NCBI GenBank assembly: GCA_001179505.1
Contig: CDMY01000436.1
Span: 315,607-379,606 of the forward strand
Direction of reading: 5' to 3'
DNA from: Vitrella brassicaformis CCMP3155
Lineage: Eukaryota; Protista; Chromerida
Length of the DNA: 64,000 nucleotides
Both the position numbers and the translations under genes were made by a program. The notes beneath the pieces were generated by a model. It saw nothing but the letters and a program-made list of their open reading frames with translations. It ran no database searches and was not told the DNA's origin. Positions 12,424 to 23,841 of the stretch are shown here, piece by piece; position 1 is the stretch's first letter; every line of letters starts with the position of its first letter.

Positions 12424-13072
12424 GGGCATAGGATGTGGTGGGTTTGGTTGGGTTGTCAGAGAGAGGGAGGGAGGGAGGGAGGGAATGACTGTCTGCGTGT
12501 GATCGATTGACTAAGTGGTTGATGGGTGAACAAATCTTAACACTCACATCGTGACCGGTGGTCTCGATGACTTTCCCTTTCGAACGAAGGTCATCGTGTC
12601 AGAGCTGTCCATTCACATGAAGCGCAGATAACATCGCGCGTGTGTGTGTCACAGACGAAACATGACACGGAAGCCAACAACTGGCTGCGTCGAGCCATGC
12701 CACGATCTGTTATTGTGAATCCTTGCTGACTGCGAACCATCGCATTCAATCAATCATTACACAGATGGGGGGATCGATCATGCAGTCAGTCCCCAGATGC
12801 GCAAACGAAGGCAACATATGCACACTCAAATCAACCAACCAACCCGTCTGTCTGCACACACATATGGATCACCCCCCTGCATCTATTCATCCCCCCATCC
12901 GCTACTCAAACGCTGGTAGACACCGGTGCGCTCTGCAGCCAGCCAGCCGTATTGCCAATGCTGCAGCAGAGGAGGGAAGCACCCACCCAGATTTATCCGA
13001 TGCATCGACACTGAAGTTGTGTCACGTCTCCCCAATCATGTTTCTCTGACCGTGTGGTATCTATCATGCCGT

Positions 13073-14840
13073 CTATGGCGTCTGGCCATCGAGAAAGACG
13101 GGCGCGATGACGCCGAGTGACCGCCGAGCCCTGGCTGTGGTTTGCGGATGCCTGACGGGGAAGGCGTCGTCCGGGCTGCCCACCGGCTGCTCTGTCGTCG
13201 CCAGAACGACAGCCACTGCCACAGGACACAGAGAGAGACAAGGGCGCCTGCGTGACACCGTTTGATTTTCCCGTGCCCTCCCTCCGCTCACCGGCCTGAC
13301 GGTTATCTGGAGGGACTCTGAATTCAACCCCTGCTATAAAGGGGTCGTCGAATGCCGTTAGCAGATGAGTCTGATATGCAGTTCCACCGTCCTCGGTCGT
13401 CACGACGGCTGAGCATCCCTCCAGCGGCGTGTGAGGCGACCGCGTCAGCAACGTGTCCAGATAGCCACCCCGAACACCACTGCACACACACAAACACACA
13501 CAGAAGGAGAACACTCCACTTCTCCATCACGTTCGTTCCCCCACAGCAGTACCCACCGATGGACTTCTATCTCCATGGCTTCGAAGTGGACGCCACTCCC
13601 CGTGTAGTGGTGAAGGATCATGTCCAAAATGAAGGCGCTCACAGACATCTCGGCGTACTCGGGTCCGATTGCCCGCCAGCCGCCTTGTCCGCCGGCAGTG
13701 CACTCAATGATCGATCGGACGGGCGGGTCATCGCGCTTCATGTGCTGTTGGAAGGGGTGCTGCGACAGGGGGTGCACGTGATCAGTGGAGAGGGGAGGAT
13801 TGAGAGTGACGGCGAACTCCGGCTCGTCGCGGATCGCCCGAATCTCGTTGGTGGTCGGGCCGCGGAACACACAAGGGGAGGGGCCGTCCTGCTGACTGTC
13901 AGCGTGGCGGAAGACGAAATGGCGACCGACAATCATCCACTGTGCTGCCACACGGGGAAGGGACAAGTAGGCCTGAAACACACACATACAGAACGATGCA
14001 GCCGATTCTCCTCTTCGTGTGTGAGGTGCTGACGGTCTTTGTGTCGTGCTTCTGCAGATCTCTGGCATCGATGGTGATGGGCAGCTGGCAGTAATCACAC
14101 TGCCCCGCCAGTCGTAGCCCATTCCCCACCTCCCCCCAGTCGCCCCCCTCCTCCATCAGCCAGAGCGCCTTCACCACACCACCGTCGCCCAGCTGGGGCG
14201 CAAACCGCACCACGCCCGTCAGACCCGCCTTGTCGATGGCGTCGGTCAGCCGACTGCCGAGGGCATCTCGGATGTGCCTCTTGAGGAGTCGAGCAGTCGT
14301 CCTGAGGCGGCCGACACCCGGCAGGTCTGTGGATGTCTGCAGACGAGCCATGGCGTCGGCCGAGAGGTCCTCCAACTTGGCCTGACCAGGACAGTGCAAC
14401 GCACAACAGACAAACGATTAGCGAATCACTCGCGTGTATCGTGTGATGGTTTCATTGACCGATGCGTCAGTGCGCGGCTGAGGGAAGGTGGCCGACTTGA
14501 CGAGGGCCTTCAGCGTGGCCTTGAGCTTGGCATACTGATGCAATGCGGCTATCATGTGAAGCGAACAATCCTGCATGCGTGACACAGACACACACACAAA
14601 CGGCAGATGTCTATCCGCCCTTGTTCTGCCGATGTCGCTTCGTGAGTGCTGCCTGCCTCTGGGCGTACGTACGTACCTACGATGAGAGATCTGAGGGGTC
14701 CAGTGCGGACAGGCGGTACATCAGACAGCTGATCTGCATGAAGAAGAGAAAACAAGCGTGGCCTGCCTGCCGGTGAGGCTGCCGATGGCTCAATTCCATG
14801 CTTGCTGACCTCCGAGTGCTTCTGTTCGAGCCCAGTCATG
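13073..14840 (-). CDS. Multi-exon protein of unknown function, resembling expanded Vitrella-specific families
   Basis: Long coding exons: RLLKRHIRDALGSRLTDAIDKAGLTGVVRF, AYLSLPRVAAQWMIVGRHFVFR...DPPVRSII, GYLDTLLTRSPHTPLEGC...DPFIAGVEFR. Start and end are approximate; family assignment is from recall only. Confidence 0.55.
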
Positions 14841-15010
14841 GTCACCACCCGCATCATCATTTTTCTGCCTTTCTCCCCTCAAGCGTTACACGACCAGCCC
14901 TACGACCCAAGTGCGGCTTCAGCAATTTCGCTTCTTTGGAGCCTTTAAGGGCAGTGGAGGCCTGCTGGCGCGCAATTAGAGTCAGGTGTCGCAGCATCTC
15001 TGTCGGCGTC

Positions 15011-17197
15011 ATGTCTGCGAGTCAGCCCATCTCGGTCAAGTTCGAGGGCTCTGATGACACTCTGACCATATCAGAGGCCGTGGCGCAGCAGTACACCTTC
15101 TTCCAAGCCGTAAGGAACCGATCATGCCAGTGCATGTATGGCAGGGTGCAAGATCTGACTGCTTTCTGTGTGCTGTGTGCTGCAGTTGCTGGACGGCGGT
15201 TTCCAGGAGTCGGCCGAGCGCACAGTGACGCTCAAAGAGATCTCCCGGCCAATCGCTGGCGTGGTGCTGCAGACGAGGAACGACATGCTCAAAGATATCA
15301 CCCGAGAGGTGCGCAGGCACTCCGCTGTCGGTCCCTCGTGTGCTCCCCTCTCTCATTACCCGTTCGTCTGTGTGTGTCTGGTGTGCTGCAGAATCTGTTG
15401 GACTGTGTTGTTGGGCTTGACTTCCTGGATCCCGTGGCCAAAGACCGACCGAAGCTCATCGAAGACCTCGGCCGCAAGGTACACCGGGAGGGAGGGAGGG
15501 AGGGAGGGAGGGCGGATGGATTTGTCATCAATCAGATGTGCAATGACGTGCTGTGCAATGTGCCATGTCAGGTGCTTCGCAATCGGTGGCACGACGACCA
15601 GGACCTCTGCCGGGCGATGCTCAAAATGGCATTCGACAGACCACTCATCAGGTGCGCAGGGCACCCAACAAGACGATGGATGACTCGTGTGTGTGGATCC
15701 TTCGTGCCGTCTTTCCCTCCGTCCAGGTCCTTGATTAGTGGCCATTCTGACCTGCGGCTGGCCTGTGCCCCCTTCATCGTAGAGAACGCCGAACAGGTGG
15801 CCGCTCAGTGGGTGACCAACTCCTCTGATGGTGACGTCATGCGGGACTTCGTTACCCACTTGCTGCGAGACCTCAAGTGCTTGATTGATGAGGGCACCTG
15901 TGCGGTGAAGCTCGAGACGCTCAAACGATTCCTGATGGACGCCACCGGCTCAGCAAGCTTCAATGAGGCGGTGAGTCAGTCAATGAGTGAGCACAAAGGC
16001 CAGCCAGCCAGCCCCATCTGGTTGAGTGTGTGCAGAGCGCTGCCATCCTCGAGTGTGAGAGGCTGGCAGACGAGGGCATGATTGTGATCAACGAGCCCGG
16101 CGGCGCCATCGCCCGCGACGATTCTTTCTCCGTTGCGATCCACGGCGCAAAGCACGGTGCGTTCGGTGGCGAGTGCGACTACTCACTCTCACTAGGGGCG
16201 CTTCACCCGATTCCCAGTGCTGGCGGCAGTGCGGATATCCCTCTGAAAGACGTGCGTGCATTTACGGTGTCGGCCGAGTATCTCCATAGCTCCGATGACC
16301 CCCATAATGTCTTCTGCTTCTCGCCGCATGCCAACCTCTCTGTTGACGGCGGGGATGGCGGCAGCATCAGCATACAGGAGACATACCGCTTCCAATGCAC
16401 CGACTCGCACACTGGCGAGCCGCTGCCGGTCTTTTCTATGGGGCTCCTCGGCAGTGCACCAAGCGCCACACACTCCATGGGGCTCCTCGGCGCCGGCCTG
16501 ACCGTGACCATCCCATTCAACCGCCACGAGGCCTTCAGCGACAAGGAGACCAAGGTCAAGGACATCAAGGCCACCGTGACGATTTGACACCTGCCCATGA
16601 GGTGCGTGGCTGCGGACGTTCGATGGATGGTGTGGTCGGTATGGTGTGATGCAATAATGGTGCGCAGGTGTCTCGTCCTGCACTGCTTGCGAATGATGAT
16701 CATGGAGCAGCAGTGGGACGACATCCAAGCGATGGGCAGCGCTATCATCAATGAGGTAGAGGGCTAAATAGACGACCCGAGCAACGGGAGGGATGGATGT
16801 CATGTCGTCCCTGTTGTGTGTTCGTGTCGATATTCCATAGGTGGTTGACCACATATCAGTGTATTTGGCGCACATCAGGGCGGAAGGTGTGTCGCCGCTG
16901 CGAGTGCTGACGGCATGGCTGGGCTCCAGGGGCAACGACGCGCCGCGCATTGCCCGGTGGTACTTCGGGGAGCTGCTCAAGGCATCCATGACACCCCAAG
17001 TTTTCAAGGCGCACCCCCCCGACATTGCACCCTTCCTGCGACGAATGGTGCGCCTCGGCTACAAGGATTGGCTGCTCAACCAGCTCCTCCAGAGTTCGGT
17101 CCTTCGCGAGATAATGGGGTCGGTACTGGACGACTATCTCAAGGACGACGGCTCGGATGGCCAGCCGCCGAGAAAGAGGGCGAAGGTCCAGTTGTGA
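15011..17197 (+). CDS. BTB/POZ-domain protein; reading frame interrupted by a single TGA at 16585-16587
   Basis: N-terminal BTB: ISVKFEGSDDTLTISEAVAQQYTFFQA|LLDGGFQESAERTVTLKEISRP. Exons continue to ...KATVTI-TGA-HLPMR, then GT-AG introns 16602-16667 and 16756-16840 lead in frame to ...PPRKRAKVQL* at 17197. Confidence 0.7.
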
Positions 17198-17245
17198 TGG
17201 ATGGATGGATGCATGGATGTGGGACGGCGGATTCATGTACTGCTC

Positions 17246-17313
17246 ACTGGCCAGCTGATATGTGAGACGTCTTTTGATCCTCTATCTATGACTGCACATA
17301 TCAGCTGGCCAGT
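17246..17313. repeat. Perfect 19-bp inverted repeat with 30-nt spacer
   Basis: actggccagctgatatgtg (17246-17264) and its exact reverse complement cacatatcagctggccagt (17295-17313). Confidence 0.95.
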
Positions 17314-17574
17314 CTTTTGTCTTATGAGTGTGACCAAGATTTTTATGCCAGTCAGTGTGATATCCGGCTGTAAGTGGCCGTACGTACATCGATCCGTGTA
17401 TGTATGTAACATCGTCTCTCATGCACAACGAATGGTGTCTGTCCACAGACCACCGTGTCATCAACATGCGGCGGTGCTGTGCCCTCTCGCCCCCTCACCC
17501 ACCCACTCACTTGCACTCACGAGCCACGTCACGCGCTTTTTTTCTCTGTCTGTACACTTCGACTTGTATGTTCA

Positions 17575-19018
17575 TCAGCCAGCCACAGCCTTCATCGATC
17601 CACTCGACACGCACACGTCAACAGCCACGCCCCCACCCCCAATGCCCTCCCCCATATCGACGTGCACAGAGGAGGAAGGCGCGGCGAGGGGCAGCTGCAG
17701 GTGTCGTGCGAGGGCTGCGAGTGAGTCGACTGAGAGGTCGGCCAGCTCGCGAAACTCTTGATTCTTGTGGTTCTCTATCAGACACGTCCATGCGCCTGCA
17801 GCCAATGGATGGGGACAGACACCAGTGGATGGATGCGGCACAGTTCACGGCTCGCCGTGTGCATCTCTGTCTGTCTGACCTGCGCCTTTGCCGCACAGCA
17901 TGTCGTCCCTAAAGTCGCCAACAAACATGCAATCCTCAGGAGATACGCCCCACTGTAATGGACAGAAGTAAGCGCAATCGACGGCTATGTCATACGGTGA
18001 GTGGGTGGTCTCGTTGTTTGTTTGACCTGGTTGGCAAGGTGGAAACAGACGGCCGGCGAGGGCTTGACGGGCATCGAGAGGGTCTCACACTCGTCACGAG
18101 AGATGATGGCATCGAAGGAAGCCCCGTTGCACTCCAGCATCGACGCAAAGTGAGCCGCCTGACGCCATCACAATGCACACGCATATGCACTCACTTCCGA
18201 AGGCCTTTGTTCGCCTGTCTGCCTGACCTGACCTGTTTCCTGGAGTTGCGCGTCACAAGTGCAGTCTTCACGTCAGGGCGAGACCGCCGGAGGGCAGCCA
18301 GCAACTGGATGAATCGATATGATCCACACACACACACACACACACACAGGAGATCGGTACCTGCCTGTCTTCCTTTCTCTGTGTGTGGGTCACTGACCTC
18401 TCTGCAGTATGGTTGCAGTGCCAGCTCTGCGGCCCCTTCGGCCTCGACCTCATCCTGAGTGAAGAACGAGTAAGGGAGGAATGACATACGACGATGGACA
18501 CAAGCGCGCTGTGTTTGCGGCAACAGTGCTCACAATGATCTGCATGGCCCTAGCATACTCATCCGGCGAGTCGCCATACCGCTCCTTCAGCGTACGCTGA
18601 CACACACGCCATACAAGCGAGTCCATCTGTGTGTGCGTGTCGGTGTCGTACTGTTGCGTCTGGAGCTTACGAGGACGTCTTCATGCGGGGGAATGCCGAG
18701 CCTCTCCTTCATCTTGGTAAAGTCAATCTGGTGCGGCAGAGTGAGGGTCCCATCCATATCGAACAGCACACCAGCCAGCTGGAACCACACACAGAAGACA
18801 CTCGCTCTTCGCTCATTCAAGTCCGGCATGCTCACCTTGTTTGGGTCAAATTGCCTGCCCTGCGCTCCCTCCTGTCGGCTGCTCTCCATTGCTGCGCTGC
18901 TGAAGAGCCGCACTGCCGGTGAGATGAGGCTCGGAGATGCGAGATGGAAAGATCTGCGATTGGCACCGAAGGAATGAGCGCTTCGCAGTACGTGCAGAGG
19001 CACACCCAGGCTCTTCAT
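17575..19018 (-). CDS. HAD-superfamily hydrolase (subfamily IA) with probable organellar presequence
   Basis: Motif I GVLFDMDGTLT, motif II ALVTRNS, motif III VKPSP, motif IV MFVGDFRDDML. N-terminus MKSLGVPLHVLRSAHSFGANRRSF... is Ser/Arg-rich and lacks acidic residues. An upstream in-frame ATG at 19279 is also possible. Confidence 0.85.
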
Positions 19019-19318
19019 CAACCCCTCAGAAGGAACGAGTGTCTCCCCCGCGTCTGCGAGCTTAGCTGAGCTCAGCTGAGAGAGCGGTTTCACGAAATGT
19101 CCTAAGCGGCCTGACGGCCAAGTCCCATGTCTTTCACGCACAATCAAACGACGACACGCAACAGGAATCACCCACGCACGCTCCACATGCACAGAGGAAC
19201 CCAAGGAACACTCACGAGGCCTCCTGAGCTCAGCTGAGGGTTTCCCCCGGAAGGCCCCCAGTCTCTTGGCACGTCGCATACCGACACACTAACCAACCAA
19301 CCAACCAAGACGCCAAGA

Positions 19319-20197
19319 ATGGCACTTTCAAGCGCTGTCGGCCGCCACCGCAACATATTCGAGAAACTGTGTGATCCCTCCCTCTATACAGGTACCCGGT
19401 TGCAAAGCAGCATCGCAGCAAAACTGCTGCCTTCCCCGATTGTCTGCAGGAGCACATAGGGAGCGATTCGATGAGAACGGCAAGGGCAGAGGGCTGGCGG
19501 GACGAGAGTAGGCAGCACACTCAGCTTTGCTCGTATGCCTGGCCCTGTTGTGTCTCGTGTAGATACGTGTATTACGTTGATGGGATGACTGAGAGCCCCA
19601 CGCGATGCCACGAGGTATACTCGTCTGTGAGGGAGAGACCCAAACGCAAACCGCTCAGAAGACCTCCCGCGCTCAAAGGTAGATGGATGGCCCATGACCT
19701 CCACGACCGCCATTGTGGCCATTGTTCTCCTGTGTTTGTGTTCATGCAGAGCGTATGTCCGGGGCGTCAGGCGGTGTCTATGCCTAGCCATCGCACGCCA
19801 TTGACTTTTTGGACGACAGACCGCCGAGGGCGAAGCTCATATGGCTGTACAGAAACGGAGACAAGAAACACCTGGTGACAAGACGCTCACAAACGAGACA
19901 CAAGCGTCGGGTATATGCGTCTCTCTCTCTCTCTTCATTCAGGGCTCTCCCTCCTTCGTGCGGCCGCATGTGCAGTCGCTGGACCTGCTGTATCGTGAAG
20001 CGTCAGCTGAGATCCGCCTGCTCACCGGGCCGGTCAAACGTCTGTATGACCAACATCTGGAGGCAATCAGAGACATAGACGACCTCACCGACGGCGGCAA
20101 GTATCTCTGCTGCGCCGGCGAGCAGCCATGTATGGAGAAGCTGGACCATTTCCTCTCTGACTACGTCGTATGGCCGACTCTGCTGCACACGAGATAA
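19319..20197 (+). CDS. apicortin: Apicortin (partial p25alpha/TPPP + doublecortin domain)
   Basis: Exons encode NIFEKLCDPSLYTG|AHRERFDENGKGRGLAGRE|YVYYVDGMTESPTRCHEVYSS (partial p25alpha with GxGxGxxGR), then LIWLYRNGDKKHL|GSPSFVRPH...LTGPVKRLYDQ...DLTDGGKYLCCAGEQP (DCX). Linker splicing is ambiguous (see findings). Confidence 0.92.
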
Positions 20198-20336
20198 GCT
20201 GCACTGATGGTGGAGGGATGGATGGGAGACACACATCAATTGTAGCAGGCGATGCATCCATATGAACGAATCCATTATATAGTGGTTGGCACGCGTCAGT
20301 TTGTCAACGGTCCGCTGAAGTGCTATCTACGTTCCA

Positions 20337-23300
20337 TTAATGCAGCCCCGACTCGTCTAGCGCAGCCTCTTGAACCTTCTCGGGGATCTTCCACATGAAG
20401 ATCGCACCCTCCTGCAATGCAATTAACACAATCACACACATCCGCACACAGCACACCGACAAGGAATGGCGGTCTCTCTCTGTGTGTTGATTTGTTACCT
20501 GTCCGCACGTGACAGCGAAGCTCTGGTCCGGGGCGATGGCGCACGCAGTGATGCCCCCACTGTGGCCGAGGCCTGCGTGCTTGCACACCTACACACACAC
20601 ACACACACACAGGGGGAGAGAGAGGGACATGTACAGAGTATTGTCCCAGCTGAAGGGCCACCCACTGTGCAGTCCACTGCTGACCCCCTCGTCATAGTCC
20701 CAGAGCCTTGCGAGTTTGTCCTCTCCGCCGGTGAGGAAGTGGGAGCCGCTGCGGGTGATGGCCAGGCACGTCAGCTCGCCCGTCTCACTCCCCTCCAACG
20801 CACGGATCGGCTGACCGTCAAACGCATCCCACCTACACACACACACACACACATGCATAGACATACACGATTGGTTGGTGTGTCTGTCTGTGTCGGTTTA
20901 GTGCATGTGGGTATCTATCGACCAGACCACGTGAGCTTCCTGTCGGATCCTGTGGTGAGGATCTGTGACTCGTCAGGGTGGTACACCAAAGCCTTGAACA
21001 TCGTCGAATCGAACAAACACGACACCCTGACAAACCAAGGGGAGAGAGAGAGGGAGAGAGGCCATCCGATTGAGTGTCGATCGACGTCTGTGGCTCTTCC
21101 TTCCCTCGCATCCCCCGGACGGACCTTGTGAAGGTGTTGAGGTCCCACACAATGACCGAGCCGTCAGATGACGCAGACACTGCCTGCTGATCGTTCTCAC
21201 GGATCTGACGAAACAGACGGACGCGACCGCATTGCCCTTTCGCCAGCCAGCTATGGGTTATGCGCATATGATTTCACCTTGAGGCACCACACGCGTCCCC
21301 GGTGCTCCTTGAGCGAGGCCTCCATCGTCTGGGTCTGACTGCACCCACCCAAAGCACACGCAAAACAAGCGCCATGTTCATGTTGTGTGTCATGCATCTG
21401 CTTCCATACGTGCAGCATCTCACCCACCGCAGGATTTTCCACACACGCACTTCGCCATTCATGCCCCCGGACACCACCCGCCCGCAGTCCGACGTGCAGG
21501 CCAGGGCGGTGGCGCCGTTCTGGTGCGCATCGTGGATGGCGTACATCAGCCGGCCGCTCTGCGGCAGGAAGCCGCGAATCTTGCCGTCGGACCAACCTGA
21601 CGAACGAACGAACGAACGAACAAACAAACAAGACACCAACATTGATATCGATGTGGTGTCTCGTCCTTTTTCAGTTCTGACCTGATACGATGGATTTGCC
21701 GTCCCTCATGAATGCGACGCAGTGGCACTCGAGGTTGGGCACCTGGATGCGCAGCAACTCCTGCCGTGTCTGCAGCACACACAATTGTCGCATCCAGAAG
21801 GCAATGAGCCACGGTCGTCATCCAGAAGGCACGGCTGACATACCTTGGCGTTCCAGACACGGATGTCGGTCATGGAACAGGTCGCAAACACCTTCGTTCG
21901 ACACACAGAAAACACACGGAGAGAGCGAGGGACAATGATGGTCAGTTTGCTTGTGTATCGTTTGTTTGATTTGTGTGCCTCCGAGTATCCGAATGGGAAT
22001 GTGATGGCGTTGATGCGCTCTGAGTGGCACGTCGTCCGCAGCTCGGCCATCAGGGAATCACAGTCAACCTGGTATACATGGATGGAACACAAATCAAGGA
22101 GGCAGACGAGAAGCAGGTGTCTTGCGTGTCTCGGCCCCCTCACCCACCCAGTAGATGTTCGACTTGGACGTGCCGCAGAAGAAGTGAGAGCCGTCGGGCG
22201 TGAGGGATATAGACGTCACCTCGCCCAACACCTGATTCTGGGTCCGCACACGCAGTGTCCCAGACGACAGCTGCAGTGGGTCGTGGCACCCGCAAGGGAC
22301 AGGGAATCGACACGCAGAGGGTAACGTAACACGTCCGCAATGGATGAACGCCGATCCTGCTTATGTCAATGTCAGTCACTTTATTCACTCACCTTGGCGA
22401 GTGTGCCATCGCCTGTTCCGATGATGATGTCTCCGTTGGGTATCATGACGCTGCACGTGATGCCACGCTTGAAGAACTCCTTCGGCGGGCCAGACTTTTT
22501 GAACAACCCTGCACACGAACAGCAACAGGGCTCCCGTATCATGTGTCTCATGTGTCGACGCTTACCTCTCTCCAGCCCGACTTCGAGCAGGTCGCCGCTC
22601 TGTGTGCCGCAGTAGAGCACCGTGTCCTCGGGATGCACCAGCAGCGACAGAGTGGTGCGGCGCAGCTTCCCTATGTTGCAGCCAGTGGGACGCAACTGAC
22701 AAACACAAAACATGAGAGCATGACGTATCTATCAACCACCAGCGGACGGAATTTCATTGCTGTCACTCACCTTCTTGTTAGGGAGGTCGAAGTTCCACAG
22801 TCTGACATGGTACTGGCCGCCCGACGCAAGGTGGAAATCCGACTTGGAGAAGAACGTCACAGACTTGGCCACCTCAGTTGCTGCCGGCGTGCCGCAGATC
22901 GGCGTCCCGCTCTCAACCTGCATTCACCGCACCCAGTCGGCAACAACTCTGACTGATGTCAATTGTTGCTTTGGCATCCGCACCTCCCAGATGACGATAG
23001 AGTTGTCGTCCTGCCCGCCCAGCGAGGCCATGAACTGCTCCGATGGCGAGAATGCGATGCACTGCACGGCCACCTTGTGCAGCCGCAGGCGATGCGTCGC
23101 CTTGCGGCTCTCGAAATCCCATATGATCATGTCCGCCTGAAGGAGTGACACCAGCAGGTGAAAGAGAGAGACGGGTGCATCACATCACACCAGTGGAGAG
23201 AACAGCAGCTTACGGGGAAGCCCATGAAGGTCTTCTGTCCTGACGCCAGATACTTGCCGGAGGCGGACAGGGTGATGGCACTGATCTGCACACACGTACA

Positions 23301-23687
23301 GACACAGCAACAGCAGATTGGTAGCCCGTCCGTCTCCTCTCTCTTTTCATTTCTTGCCTGGTTGTCATGTCCCTGCAGGAAGGTCTGTGTCCTCTGCAGG
23401 ATGTTGCGAATGACAACACATGAGCCGAGGGGGAAGACCAGGTGCTCGCCATCGGGGTGCAGCCGCAAACCATTAGGCACCACACCTAACACACACACAC
23501 ACATTTGGGGGAGCACAGACATCATCTTGCACAGTGCAAATTGAAGTGCAGTCGCGTGAAGGCCTTGCTTGGGCTCAAAGGCACTCGTATCGAGCCCCCA
23601 TCTCTTTCTTTGTCGCGAGAGCATCGTGCGTGTTTCCTCACCTCGGAACCCGATGACGGCCTGGATATCGAGATCCTCCGTCGCCAT
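20337..23687 (-). CDS. CFAP52: Cilia- and flagella-associated protein 52 (WDR16), WD40 repeats
   Basis: MATEDLDIQAVIGFR|GVVPNGLRLHPDGEHLVFPLGSCVV...FLQGHD...SGKYLASGQKTFMGFP|ADMIIWDF...LGGQDDNSIVIWE|...ICGTPA matches the conserved WDR16 N-terminus; WD repeats continue to GHSGGITACAIAPDQSFAVTCG..EGAIFMWKIP. Confidence 0.95.
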
Positions 23688-23841
23688 GGATGGCGGGGGA
23701 CGCCTGCAAGCAGGAACTTTCGGAGGGAAGGCCAAGGAGCGAGCTTGTTCAACGGAAAAGTCTGCCGTTGATTCTGTGTGTTCGAACATCGACAAATTCT
23801 GCAGCCCATCTATCGCCCATTGGCACTGCTGATTCATCCAA

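Noticed and set aside
12565-12603. Hairpin cgatgacttt...aaggtcatcg with ATGA-N12-AA-N17-GA spacing downstream of the PRKRIP1 TGA (SECIS-like)
   Set aside because: Helix II of a SECIS cannot form, the ATGA is tied up in a Watson-Crick stem, and the TGA sits at a natural C-terminus with a further stop soon after.
17246-17313. The inverted repeat as a SECIS explaining the BTB TGA as selenocysteine
   Set aside because: It is a fully Watson-Crick stem with no tandem G.A pairs or apical AA motif, and there is no redox motif around the TGA.
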